A stretch of 32,849 nucleotides of DNA from Clostridiaceae bacterium. GTDB taxonomy: Bacteria; Bacillota; Clostridia; Saccharofermentanales; DTU023. Shown here in pieces: positions 8,598 through 16,780 of this stretch (the stretch's first letter is position 1; each line of letters opens with the position of its first letter). The DNA is taken from NCBI GenBank assembly GCA_012728535.1, contig JAAYEX010000022.1:1-32849 (forward strand). Direction: 5' to 3'. The position numbers were made by a program, and so were the translations under genes. The notes beneath the pieces were generated by a model. The model had not been told where the DNA came from. It was given only the letters and a program-made list of their open reading frames with translations, and made no database searches.

Positions 8598-9566
8598 ATG
8601 TTACGTGTATCATCATCACCTCATATCAGAGATAACTCTTCTACACAGCGCATTATGCTTGATGTAGTTTTGGCACTGATACCCATGGTGATTGCCTCAG
8701 TCTTTATTTTCGGCTGGCGGTCATTGCTGATCTATGTTGTAAGTGTCGCCGCTTCTGTCGTTTTTGAAGCTCTGTCACGCATTGTCATGAAGAGAGAACA
8801 GACAATTAACGACCTTTCCGCTATCGTAACCGGCTTACTGCTGGCAGCAGGGCTCCCGGCCAACTATCCGATTTGGATGGTTGTCATCGGCGCCTTTATC
8901 GCTATCGTTTTTGTCAAACAATTATTCGGCGGCCTGGGCAGCAATTTCGCCAACCCGGCAGTTACTGCCCGTATAGTGCTGGCAGTTTCTTTCGCTACAG
9001 AAACCAGCAGTTTTTCAGTCCTACCCCAATATGCACCACAGTCAGCTCTAACAGCCGGTGCCTCTCAGCTTGATCTAGTGACAAGTGCTACTCCCCTGGG
9101 AATGTCTGCGGCAGAAGTTCCTTCTACTTTAGATCTTTTCCTGGGAAGACATGCCGGCAGTATCGGAGAGGTTAGTATTATCGCTTTGCTGATCGGAGCT
9201 GTTTATCTGGTTGCCCGGGGTGTAATTGACCTCTGGATCCCGCTGGTATATATGGGAACAACTGTCGGCTTAATCACCCTGGTCGGAGGCGATCCCCTCT
9301 TCCACCTGCTCACAGGTGCTTTGGTGCTGGCAGCCTTTTTTATGATGACAGATTACGTTACCTCGCCGACAACTGTTGTCGGAAAGGTGGTTTTCGCCAT
9401 TGGCGGTGCTCTGCTTACCTTCCTCCTGAGGATGTACAGCAGTATGCCGGAAGGCGTATCATACTCAATTCTTCTGATGAATATTCTCAACCCGCATATT
9501 GAACGTTGGACGGCACATAAAACGATTGGAGGCAACTATGGCAAAAAACGCAGACAAGTCTCATAA
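8598..9566 (+). CDS. rnfD: Rnf complex subunit D (membrane, covalent FMN)
   Basis: Starts SSSPHIRDNSSTQRIM. Polytopic. The TSATPLG motif is the NqrB/RnfD flavinylation site. AAGGAG RBS. Confidence 0.93.
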   Translation: MLRVSSSPHIRDNSSTQRIMLDVVLALIPMVIASVFIFGWRSLLIYVVSVAASVVFEALSRIVMKREQTINDLSAIVTGLLLAAGLPANYPIWMVVIGAFIAIVFVKQLFGGLGSNFANPAVTARIVLAVSFATETSSFSVLPQYAPQSALTAGASQLDLVTSATPLGMSAAEVPSTLDLFLGRHAGSIGEVSIIALLIGAVYLVARGVIDLWIPLVYMGTTVGLITLVGGDPLFHLLTGALVLAAFFMMTDYVTSPTTVVGKVVFAIGGALLTFLLRMYSSMPEGVSYSILLMNILNPHIERWTAHKTIGGNYGKKRRQVS

Positions 9567-10194
9567 TACTGCCGGCGAAGACAAGACGAGATTTATCGAG
9601 CGCGGCTTCATGCCGGCAATCATACTGACATTAATCGCGGTTGTCAGCATCGCCTTGCTTGCCCTCACCGAATACATTACAGCAGATGCCAGAGCCTATC
9701 AGCAACAGTACATGGCGGATGCCAACAAGCGGACTATCTTTGTTGATGCCGACAGTTTCCACGCTGAAGAATTAGAAAATGCCGGTGCTTCACTTGAAGG
9801 CGGCAATTCTGTCGATTTGTCCGTAGATGGCAGTGTTATCCGTGAGGTGTTTATTGCTGAAAGAGACGGTAAACAAATCGGCATTCTTATCACTGCCAAA
9901 CCGATCGGTTACGGTGGAGCACTTACTATCATGCTGGGTTACGACCTGGAAGGTAATATGATCGGCCTGACCATAGATGCTTCAACCCAGACAGCCGGTC
10001 TGGGAACTAAAGTGGGTGAGGCTGATTTCCTGCAACAACTTAGCGGCTTCAATGCAAGTGACACAGTGTCAGCTGACAGCAGTGCCAGCTTCCAGGTTGA
10101 CAGCGTCAGCGGAGCTACGATCTCGGCTAATGCGACTTTTAAAGGTATCAATGCTGCCAACGAAGCCGCTGAACAGATCCTGGGCTTGAGATAG
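9538..10194 (+). CDS. rnfG: Rnf complex subunit G (FMN-binding)
   Basis: Start moved to the ATG at 9538 (GGAGG 5 nt upstream); the track ORF begins at 9499 inside rnfD. It has a single N-terminal TM helix and the SGATISANA flavinylation motif. Confidence 0.85.
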   Translation: MAKNADKSHNTAGEDKTRFIERGFMPAIILTLIAVVSIALLALTEYITADARAYQQQYMADANKRTIFVDADSFHAEELENAGASLEGGNSVDLSVDGSVIREVFIAERDGKQIGILITAKPIGYGGALTIMLGYDLEGNMIGLTIDASTQTAGLGTKVGEADFLQQLSGFNASDTVSADSSASFQVDSVSGATISANATFKGINAANEAAEQILGLR

Positions 10195-10203
10195 GAGGAT
10201 AAT

Positions 10204-11010
10204 GTGGCAAAGAATAAAAAATCACTTTCTTATGAGTTGATTAAGGGAATCGTAAAAGAAAATCCTCTCTTCGTTCTTGTTCTGGGAACCTGCCCGGCTT
10301 TGGCAGTAACTACTTCCGCTTTTAACGGACTGGGCATGGGAATCGCATTCACCTTCGTTCTGATTATGTCTAATGTCGTGATTTCAGCCTTGCGAAAAGT
10401 AATCCCAGACAGTGTGCGTATACCGGCATATATTACTATTATTGCATCCTTGGTTACTATCGTTGAGTTTCTCCTTAAAGCATATACACCCGAACTCGAT
10501 CAGAGTCTGGGAATCTTCATACCCTTGATTACGGTAAACTGCATCATTCTGGGACGGGCGGAAGCTTTTGCCAACCGCAACGGGCTCATGGCTTCAATAA
10601 TGGATGCAATAGGAATGGGCCTGGGCTTCACCCTTGCTTTGTTGCTCATGGGCGGCCTGCGGGAAGTTTTCGGCTTCGGCACCTTCTTTGGAATTAACAT
10701 GCCCTGGATCAGCGAAGGCGGCTTACGCCCTATCGGCATCTTTGCTTTGCCGGCAGGCGGTTTTGCAATCTACGGTGTTCTGGTAGCCCTGTTCAACAAA
10801 ATGAATCATAGCTGGTACTCACGCAAGCCTGATGACACTATGGACCGCAGAAACTACCCCGGCAGTATCAGCGCACGTACAGATGCTCCTTTCGTTTCCG
10901 CCGAAGCAGCCAGTACAGGCACTGAATCTATCGCCATATCCAAAGGCAGCGTACCGGAAAGCATGACCGAAACCGGTGAGCGCAGCATCTGTCCCGGCGA
11001 GAGAGACTAA
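10204..11010 (+). CDS. rnfE: Rnf complex subunit E, with an atypical ~70 aa hydrophilic C-terminal tail
   Basis: [20 protein letters not shown] and [18 protein letters not shown] are NqrD/RnfE signatures. GTG start after GGAGG. The last TM helix ends near aa 198, and the ORF continues to aa 268. Confidence 0.9.
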   Translation: MAKNKKSLSYELIKGIVKENPLFVLVLGTCPALAVTTSAFNGLGMGIAFTFVLIMSNVVISALRKVIPDSVRIPAYITIIASLVTIVEFLLKAYTPELDQSLGIFIPLITVNCIILGRAEAFANRNGLMASIMDAIGMGLGFTLALLLMGGLREVFGFGTFFGINMPWISEGGLRPIGIFALPAGGFAIYGVLVALFNKMNHSWYSRKPDDTMDRRNYPGSISARTDAPFVSAEAASTGTESIAISKGSVPESMTETGERSICPGERD

Positions 11011-11022
11011 GGAGGGTTTAAC

Positions 11023-11613
11023 ATGCAAGATATGTTCAAGATACTATTTAGTGTCATCCTGATTGACAACCTGGTTCTGTCCCGTTTCCTAGGTGTATGC
11101 TCTTTCTTAGGCCTGACCAAGGACCTGAAAAACTCAATGGGAATGAGCGTGGCGGTAATTTTCGTCATGCTGGTTTCAACTGCCGTCACCTACCCTATCT
11201 ATTATTATCTGCTTGATCCGTCCGGTCTGGGCTATCTGCAGACGGTAATTTTCATTCTTGTTATCGCAGCTACAGTACAGGTCCTGGAAGCAATCATTCG
11301 CAAGGCCATGCCCCCACTATATGATGCTATGGGAATATTCCTGCCGCTGATCACGACCAACTGCGCCATTTTGGGTGTAATGCTGATCAATATTCAGGAA
11401 ACATATTCTTTCGTTAACGCAATCATGAGTTCCCTGGGTGCCGGCCTGGGTTATACTCTGGCAATGTTCCTGTTCGTTGGTGTACGGGAAAAGATGGAAA
11501 CATCGGATATCCCTGAATCTTTCAAAGGACTTCCGTCGGCGTTGATGGCTGCATCAATAGTGTCCGTAGCCTTCATGGGTTTTAGCGGCGTGATTGAAAA
11601 TCTGTTCTCCTGA
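11023..11613 (+). CDS. rnfA: Rnf complex subunit A
   Basis: DNLVLSRFLGVCSFLG and LPLITTNCAILGV are NqrE/RnfA signatures. 196 aa, 6 TM helices. GGAGGG RBS. Confidence 0.93.
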   Translation: MQDMFKILFSVILIDNLVLSRFLGVCSFLGLTKDLKNSMGMSVAVIFVMLVSTAVTYPIYYYLLDPSGLGYLQTVIFILVIAATVQVLEAIIRKAMPPLYDAMGIFLPLITTNCAILGVMLINIQETYSFVNAIMSSLGAGLGYTLAMFLFVGVREKMETSDIPESFKGLPSALMAASIVSVAFMGFSGVIENLFS

Positions 11614-11649
11614 TCAAGCGTTAGATTCGCCCGGGAGTAAGGAGTAAAT

Positions 11650-12564
11650 ATGGAATTAGTGATTCTTCAAACGAGTAATATACTGCTACCGGCTTTAATC
11701 GGCGGCGGCACTGCTCTACTGCTTGGAATAGTAATTATATTGGTATTTCGTTTCTTCTCAGTAAAAGAAGATCCTCTAGTAGAGGAACTTAATGAAGTTC
11801 TGCCCGGTGTTAACTGTGGCGGCTGCGGCTATTCCGGCTGTCTTGCGTATGCTGTTGCTCTGGCCTCCGGTGAAGACGGAAATACATCAAAATGTACGGC
11901 CGGCGGCGTTGAAACTGCCGAAGCCATTGCTATAACTATGGGTACCGCCCCCCAGGCATACATACCCCAGGTTGCTCACGTTTTTTGTCAGGGCAGCGGT
12001 GAGTTTACAACGAAGCGGTATGAGTATACCGGCACGCCGAACTGTGCCTCTTCTACAGGGCTCTTTGGCGGTCCTAATTCCTGCACCTACGGCTGCCTGG
12101 GATTTGGTGATTGTTATGATGTCTGTGAATTTGATGCGATTTGGATCGATGACGGACTGGCACATGTCAATCATGAGAACTGTACCGCCTGTGGCAAGTG
12201 CGTTATCGCCTGCCCCAAGGATTTGATCAGCCTGATACCCAAGCACGAGCTGGCGACAGTAAACAGCTGCCTCAATCACTGGCCTGCTGCCGCCACACGC
12301 AAAAACTGCAAAATAGGCTGTATCTCCTGCCGCCTCTGTATCAAGGTCTGTCCCGTCGATGCCATCCACATGGATGACAATCTGGCAGTTATCGATCAGC
12401 AAATCTGCATCCACTGCGGTGAATGCGTTAAGGTCTGCCCCACTAACTCAATAAGTGAAGGTTTGCTGGCCGGCATGGAAGAGGAAAAAGCCAGGAGAGC
12501 TGCAGTCAAAGCAGAGAAAGAGGCCGAAGAAGCTGCAGCCAAAGCTGAAAAAGAAGCCAGTTGA
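11650..12564 (+). CDS. rnfB: Rnf complex subunit B (polyferredoxin)
   Basis: N-terminal TM helix, the CGGCGYSGC cluster motif, then several CxxCxxCxxxCP ferredoxin motifs. The C-terminus is a Lys/Glu/Ala-rich tail. Confidence 0.9.
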   Translation: MELVILQTSNILLPALIGGGTALLLGIVIILVFRFFSVKEDPLVEELNEVLPGVNCGGCGYSGCLAYAVALASGEDGNTSKCTAGGVETAEAIAITMGTAPQAYIPQVAHVFCQGSGEFTTKRYEYTGTPNCASSTGLFGGPNSCTYGCLGFGDCYDVCEFDAIWIDDGLAHVNHENCTACGKCVIACPKDLISLIPKHELATVNSCLNHWPAAATRKNCKIGCISCRLCIKVCPVDAIHMDDNLAVIDQQICIHCGECVKVCPTNSISEGLLAGMEEEKARRAAVKAEKEAEEAAAKAEKEAS

Positions 12565-12585
12565 TTTTTCTTTAATAAAGCATTG

Positions 12586-12612
12586 AAGAGGGCTGCAAGG
12601 CCCTCTTTTTTT
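12586..12612 (+). terminator. Rho-independent terminator of the rnf operon
   Basis: AAGAGGGC (12586-12593) pairs with GCCCTCTT (12600-12607) around a 6-nt loop, followed by a run of T. Confidence 0.75.
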
Positions 12613-12615
12613 GAT

Positions 12616-12658
12616 AAAAAAAAGACCGGCCTTCTGCAAAATCGAATTTGACCGGTCT
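12616..12658 (-). terminator. Probable terminator of rpmB
   Basis: On the minus strand, AGACCGG ... CCGGTCT forms a 7-bp stem around a 22-nt loop and is followed by T8 (the plus-strand A-run at 12616-12623). Confidence 0.55.
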
Positions 12659-12694
12659 GTAAGGTTCAGAGTTTTTCAGTAATCTTTTGAGAGC

Positions 12695-12892
12695 TTACGC
12701 ACGACTTACTCTGCCGCTCTTAAGGCAGTTAGTACAAACGTTCATTCTCTTGGGTGTGCCGTCAACCATTACGCGCACTCTTTTTATGTTTGCGCGTTGA
12801 CGATTCTTGGCACGGCGAGAAATCTGCGAACGTGTAATGCTGATCTTCCTACCAAAAAACATATCCTTCTGGCATACTTCACACTTGGCCAT
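12695..12892 (-). CDS. rpmB: 50S ribosomal protein L28 (zinc-ribbon, C+ form)
   Basis: MAKCEVCQKDMFFGRKISITRSQISRRAKNRQRANIKRVRV...CTNCLKSGRVSRA. Start set at the ATG at 12892, with GGAGG 7 nt upstream; the track ORF starts 6 codons earlier. Two CxxC pairs are present. Confidence 0.9.
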   Translation of the reverse strand: MAKCEVCQKDMFFGRKISITRSQISRRAKNRQRANIKRVRVMVDGTPKRMNVCTNCLKSGRVSRA

Positions 12893-12961
12893 GCTTTTAC
12901 CTCCTGTCACACCCCAAGGAACAAATCCCGGAGAAGTATTAGCGCTGAACGCGCAACAAAG

Positions 12962-12990
12962 ATATTAGCACAGTCAGAAAGCATACGCAA
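12962..12990 (-). promoter_or_regulatory. Candidate rpmB promoter with an extended -10
   Basis: On the minus strand: TTGCGT (12990-12985), a 17-nt spacer, then TGcTAATAT (12970-12962). This gives a ~65-nt leader. Confidence 0.4.
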
Positions 12991-13070
12991 GTACAAATCG
13001 CGAGTCATTGTAAGAAAGCTTTTAGGCGAATCGTCAGTGCTGTTTCTTCCTCTTTTTCTGCCCAAAGATG

Positions 13071-14225
13071 CTAGTCAGACATCTCTTCCAGCCTGCGGAC
13101 CTCCATGATTCGTTCCGAAAGTTCCAGAGCTGTTCGAGAATCAAAGGAGATAATCTGCATAGTAGCTTTATTGTTCAAGCTCAGCAAAAATCTGTCCTCA
13201 TTCAGAACCAGAGCCATCAGATCAAGGGTCTGATTATCCGACTTTTTGTGGAAAAAAACCAGATCTCCCGGTCGCAGGTACATGATGGCAGGCTGGGCAG
13301 AAGTGTCAGGTAAACTGATACTCTCACCTACCTGCATCAGTTGTTCAGGAGTGCCCGGCAAGTTCAGTCCATTGAGAAAAGCCGACAGACGCACTGCACC
13401 TGCAGTGGAAATACCACGCTTGGTCTGACCACCGGGAACATAGGCTGAATTTTCAAAGGCAACAACTGTGGAAATAAAACTTTGTCTGAAATCATCTGCC
13501 AAAGGCAGGTCGGCATCCGCTTCGAGCAGAAAAACACCCTGGGTGTTCATCCAGCCCAATTGCCCTTCAGGCAATTTCACACGAACAAGTCCGCTGTTAT
13601 GATAATCAGCATAAAGTACCGTCCCCATCGGTGCTTCCATCAGTAAAGTGCCCCCTCTGGCATGTGACATGACGCGTTTAAAGGAATCTCTGACAATAAC
13701 CTTCATTACAGCACCTTCCGGCGACAAGGACGATAGATCTGCTGTCAGGGCTGATCTCTCCACATAGGCATTAAGACCGTCGGCCAGCTGCACTCCTAGC
13801 CAATCCTTGCGTGATGTATCCGTGATTACTACTGATTCATTGAGCAGGAGTTCCGACACATGCGGAGAAGATTTGTCCGCTTTGGCAAAAACAAAAGCGG
13901 AACTAGTTTTCATGACCGCGATATCCCCGACCCCTGCAGGATCTTGCCCGGTCTCAGTCGGAAGCGGGGCTGTGGTCTCCGCCGGCAGCTCCGATCCCCT
14001 ATCGGCCAGCAAGGCAGGTAAAAGCACAAAAACAGCCAGCAGCAGCAGAATAATAATAATCAGCGGGATCAGCCATGGTGGCAATATCTTTTTCTTAGGT
14101 GTTATGTAAAGATTTTTCGGAACATGCGGGCTCTGACCCTTGCTCACGAAAATATCTTCCTTGGCAACAGGTCTGTTCTTGATCGAAATCTTTTTCTTTT
14201 TGTTCTTGGGATCAGTTTTATTCAT
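13071..14225 (-). CDS. Membrane-anchored SH3-like protein with a degenerate (probably inactive) NlpC/P60 domain
   Basis: Lys-rich N-terminus, one TM helix (WLIPLIIIILLLLAVFVLLPALL), and two SH3b-like segments. The C-terminal region aligns to the active paralogue at 28300-30291 (YVPGG..G..., PGDLVFF). The catalytic residues are replaced: DCSG becomes STAG and HVGIY becomes LMALV. Confidence 0.7.
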   Translation of the reverse strand: MNKTDPKNKKKKISIKNRPVAKEDIFVSKGQSPHVPKNLYITPKKKILPPWLIPLIIIILLLLAVFVLLPALLADRGSELPAETTAPLPTETGQDPAGVGDIAVMKTSSAFVFAKADKSSPHVSELLLNESVVITDTSRKDWLGVQLADGLNAYVERSALTADLSSLSPEGAVMKVIVRDSFKRVMSHARGGTLLMEAPMGTVLYADYHNSGLVRVKLPEGQLGWMNTQGVFLLEADADLPLADDFRQSFISTVVAFENSAYVPGGQTKRGISTAGAVRLSAFLNGLNLPGTPEQLMQVGESISLPDTSAQPAIMYLRPGDLVFFHKKSDNQTLDLMALVLNEDRFLLSLNNKATMQIISFDSRTALELSERIMEVRRLEEMSD

Positions 14226-14628
14226 TATTCATTAACCCGGCTTCCGCCACAGGCTCTGATTTAGCTGTATTTAAAACACAGACAGCTACTGCATATTCTT
14301 TTTCGTGAGAAATGCTGAGAGCAATATCGTACACACCCAGTTCCTTATACCTGGTACGTGCAGCTCCATGAAGATGCAATTCCGGCTCCCCCGATCCGCG
14401 GCTGAGTATCTCCAGATCCTTAAGGCTGATGCCTTCACTCCAGAAACCGGTGCCCAGTGCCTTGGAAACCGCTTCCTTGGCAGAAAAACGGCCCGCCAGC
14501 CGCTGCATCGACATATCACATATGCTTAGCTCGGCAGGGGTAAAAACGCGTTCCAGGAAGCGCTGGCCGCCACGGTCAACTGCCCGCTCTATACGTTCTA
14601 TTCGGATAATATCTATACCGCAGCGCAT
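14218..14628 (-). CDS. acpS: Holo-[acyl-carrier-protein] synthase (4'-phosphopantetheinyl transferase)
   Basis: GIDIIRIERIERAV...FLERVFTPAE...FSAKEAVSKALGTG are AcpS signatures. I prefer the ATG at 14628 (GGGAG upstream); the track start at 14646 is a GTG. The stop overlaps the next start within ATGAATAA. Confidence 0.85.
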   Translation of the reverse strand: MRCGIDIIRIERIERAVDRGGQRFLERVFTPAELSICDMSMQRLAGRFSAKEAVSKALGTGFWSEGISLKDLEILSRGSGEPELHLHGAARTRYKELGVYDIALSISHEKEYAVAVCVLNTAKSEPVAEAGLMNNE

Positions 14629-14658
14629 TTGCTCTGTTTCTCCCACAAGTTAATCGTA

Positions 14659-15669
14659 TTACTGGCCCTGATGACGCAGTTTGAGACGAATATCGCCATC
14701 CGGAAAACGGTAAAATATATAATTACCCATAAGCCGGCTATAGGTGCGCTTATCATAGGTCGCAAGCAAATCCGCGTCACTTAGGTTGGTAGCAATAATG
14801 CTGTGCAGGGACTTGTGCAGACGCGTATCCAGTAAAGTGAGGAAATCAGAAGTGTTGGACTCCACCGTCCAGCTGGCACTGATTTCACTGCCCAGGTCAT
14901 CGAGTAAAAGCAGGTCGACCGACATGAGTGCATCCGTCAGCAGCTCCATCTCTTCATACTGTCCGCGGTCAGGGTTATAGGACTGACGCAGTTTAGTCAT
15001 TGTCTTCATCCACTCAAACAATATCGGTGATGTCACATAGAGTACGGAGTATCCCTGATCCTGAACTTCCCGTCCGATCGATTGCATAAGGAAGGTTTTG
15101 CCGGTTCCTGTCTGACCGGAAAAAAGCAGATTTTGGTCCTGAACCTGAGAAAAATAGCGCGTATAAAACACCGTTACCTCTCTAAGTTCACGCATGCGCT
15201 CCCGCGCTGACTGCTGTCCTCCTTCTGACTGATCTGAAAAAAGGTTCAGATTAAAATTGGCAAACCTGGCCCCTTCCTGAAAGGGTATCGGTAAATATTT
15301 CGACATTTCTTTATGAAAAAGTCGCCTGCGGCAGGGACACCATTCACCTGATGTCAAACTGCCGGAGTCATTGCAAATCGAACAGAAATACTGAGGACTG
15401 TCGTAGTCAGCACTAATTCCTTTTGCTGCAAGAAAATCTTCACGTTCGCGGATAGAAATCTTCAGGCACTGGTCATCACAATCATCTCCCAGAAAGCGGT
15501 ACAATCCGGAAATTCCGGCCTGCTGAATTTTTCGATCCATTAGCTCAAGCTCAGGATATTGATTATACATCTGAGCTCGCTTAAGCTCGCCCAGCTTCTC
15601 CGCCTGTTCGCGGCGCCGAGAATATATCGCTGCCAGATCTCTATTGATTCTTTGCTCCAAACGCGACAT
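14659..15669 (-). CDS. DnaI/DnaC-like helicase loader (AAA+ ATPase with an N-terminal zinc motif)
   Basis: Walker A is GQTGTGKTFL and Walker B is LLLLDDLGSE. The Cys cluster is CSICNDSGSLTSGEWCPC. I prefer the ATG at 15669 (GAGGAA 7 nt upstream). The track start at 15684 would overlap the upstream gene by 11 nt. Confidence 0.8.
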   Translation of the reverse strand: MSRLEQRINRDLAAIYSRRREQAEKLGELKRAQMYNQYPELELMDRKIQQAGISGLYRFLGDDCDDQCLKISIREREDFLAAKGISADYDSPQYFCSICNDSGSLTSGEWCPCRRRLFHKEMSKYLPIPFQEGARFANFNLNLFSDQSEGGQQSARERMRELREVTVFYTRYFSQVQDQNLLFSGQTGTGKTFLMQSIGREVQDQGYSVLYVTSPILFEWMKTMTKLRQSYNPDRGQYEEMELLTDALMSVDLLLLDDLGSEISASWTVESNTSDFLTLLDTRLHKSLHSIIATNLSDADLLATYDKRTYSRLMGNYIFYRFPDGDIRLKLRHQGQ

Positions 15670-15673
15670 TAAT

Positions 15674-16696
15674 CTATTCCTCATCCACTGCAGAATCAGT
15701 TGTCTTCAGACGAGGTCTGGGAATGCGCCGGGCCAGATCCTGACTGATCTGCTCAACTTCCGTTACACTCTCTTCACTCATCGTGAAATCCCCGCTTAAC
15801 TTCTGCTCAGTCTTGCGTTTTGCAGCCCGCCTCTGCTGATACTTCTCCTCATACTCGTGAATCTCTTCCACCGTTTGCAGGCCTTGGGCATGCCATTCAC
15901 TCAAAATCGAATCCAGGTATTTAACACTGGGGTTGCTGGCACCGATCAGTTTCTGCAAAGCTACTTCCACAATGGCATCGGAATAACCGTATTCATCCAT
16001 CCAATTGGCTATCAGTCTGTTGTCCGGCTCGGACAAACGCCTTCTCAGGTTTTTCGCCACAAGTGCCTGCAACTGCTTTTTTTCTAAAAATCGTTCGTAA
16101 TAAACACTCAGCTGGTCATAAGTTTTAATACCCGCCTGTGACCAGTCCTCAGCTATGCGCCTGATATAAGCGGTTGTGCGCAGGGCATTTGCATTGGCAG
16201 CCTCCTGAAAGAGTGAGTACATGACTGCAGGCTCGAAGCCATGATGGTCAAACCAATAATCAATCAGCTCATACCAGGTGTAGGTCATGGTGCCCTGGAA
16301 AAAGGTCATATTGATCTCGTTGACTATCTGCTCACGCCCCTCATGTTCCTTTTCACGCTCGATAATATCGCTGGGAGGCGCGGTTTCTTTGGGCCGGAAG
16401 CGACGCTCCAGCTCCCTGGCTTTAATATCTTCCAGACGGATGTCACTCCGGCTGATGCTGATTAATCCTTCGCTCTGCAGCTGTTGTAACAGTTCATCTA
16501 TCTTTTTCGTTGAAAAACCGAGGCGGGCTGCCATGTCATCGGAGCTGATTACGCGCGAACCGTTCTCAGCAACACTTAAAAGCATCAGATAACACTTTAC
16601 CGCATCTCCGTCCAGCTTGACCATAAAGTCATGGATAAAAAGATCAGGTACAGCTGTATCGCTGAAAGTTGAGTTGCGATTACGGACGATGCGCAA
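15674..16696 (-). CDS. DnaD-domain replication initiation protein (Bacillus DnaB/DnaD-like)
   Basis: A winged-helix-like N-terminus is followed by two DnaB_2/DnaD-type repeats (YWFDHHGFEPAVMYSLFQEA...IRRIAEDWSQAGIKT and IANWMDEYGYSDAIVEVALQK...LDSILSEWHAQGLQT). TTG start with AAGGAG 7 nt upstream. Confidence 0.8.
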   Translation of the reverse strand: MRIVRNRNSTFSDTAVPDLFIHDFMVKLDGDAVKCYLMLLSVAENGSRVISSDDMAARLGFSTKKIDELLQQLQSEGLISISRSDIRLEDIKARELERRFRPKETAPPSDIIEREKEHEGREQIVNEINMTFFQGTMTYTWYELIDYWFDHHGFEPAVMYSLFQEAANANALRTTAYIRRIAEDWSQAGIKTYDQLSVYYERFLEKKQLQALVAKNLRRRLSEPDNRLIANWMDEYGYSDAIVEVALQKLIGASNPSVKYLDSILSEWHAQGLQTVEEIHEYEEKYQQRRAAKRKTEQKLSGDFTMSEESVTEVEQISQDLARRIPRPRLKTTDSAVDEE

Positions 16697-16718
16697 TTTA
16701 TTTCTCCTTGCCTCTGAA

Positions 16719-16747
16719 ACAGAGAGCCGGGTGATCCGGCTCTCTGT
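16719..16747 (-). terminator. 12-bp stem-loop between nifJ and the replication genes (a weak terminator or processing hairpin)
   Basis: ACAGAGAGCCGG-GTGAT-CCGGCTCTCTGT. On the minus strand it is followed only by TTTCAG, a short U-tract. Confidence 0.45.
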
Positions 16748-16780
16748 AATCTTATCAAATTTAGCTCGCTTACCACAAGT

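Noticed and set aside
11887-12414. 175-aa ORF antisense to rnfB. Similar long antisense or alternate-frame ORFs occur at 2676-3035, 7612-8037, 8055-8568, 16597-17121, 20093-20593, 22893-23396 and 24184-24798.
   Set aside because: Each lies entirely within, or across the junction of, a gene with unmistakable family motifs on the other strand or frame. None has an RBS, and their compositions mirror the opposite-strand codons. I treat them as shadow ORFs.
12565-12694. Convergence point of the plus-strand rnf block and the 20-kb all-minus-strand block, considered as a possible replication terminus or dif site.
   Set aside because: The gap contains only two terminators and nothing resembling the Firmicute dif consensus as I remember it. 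Minus-strand genes (MMPL, MATE, tRNA) also occur to the left, so the strand switch is not clean. GC-skew cannot be evaluated from 33 kb by eye.
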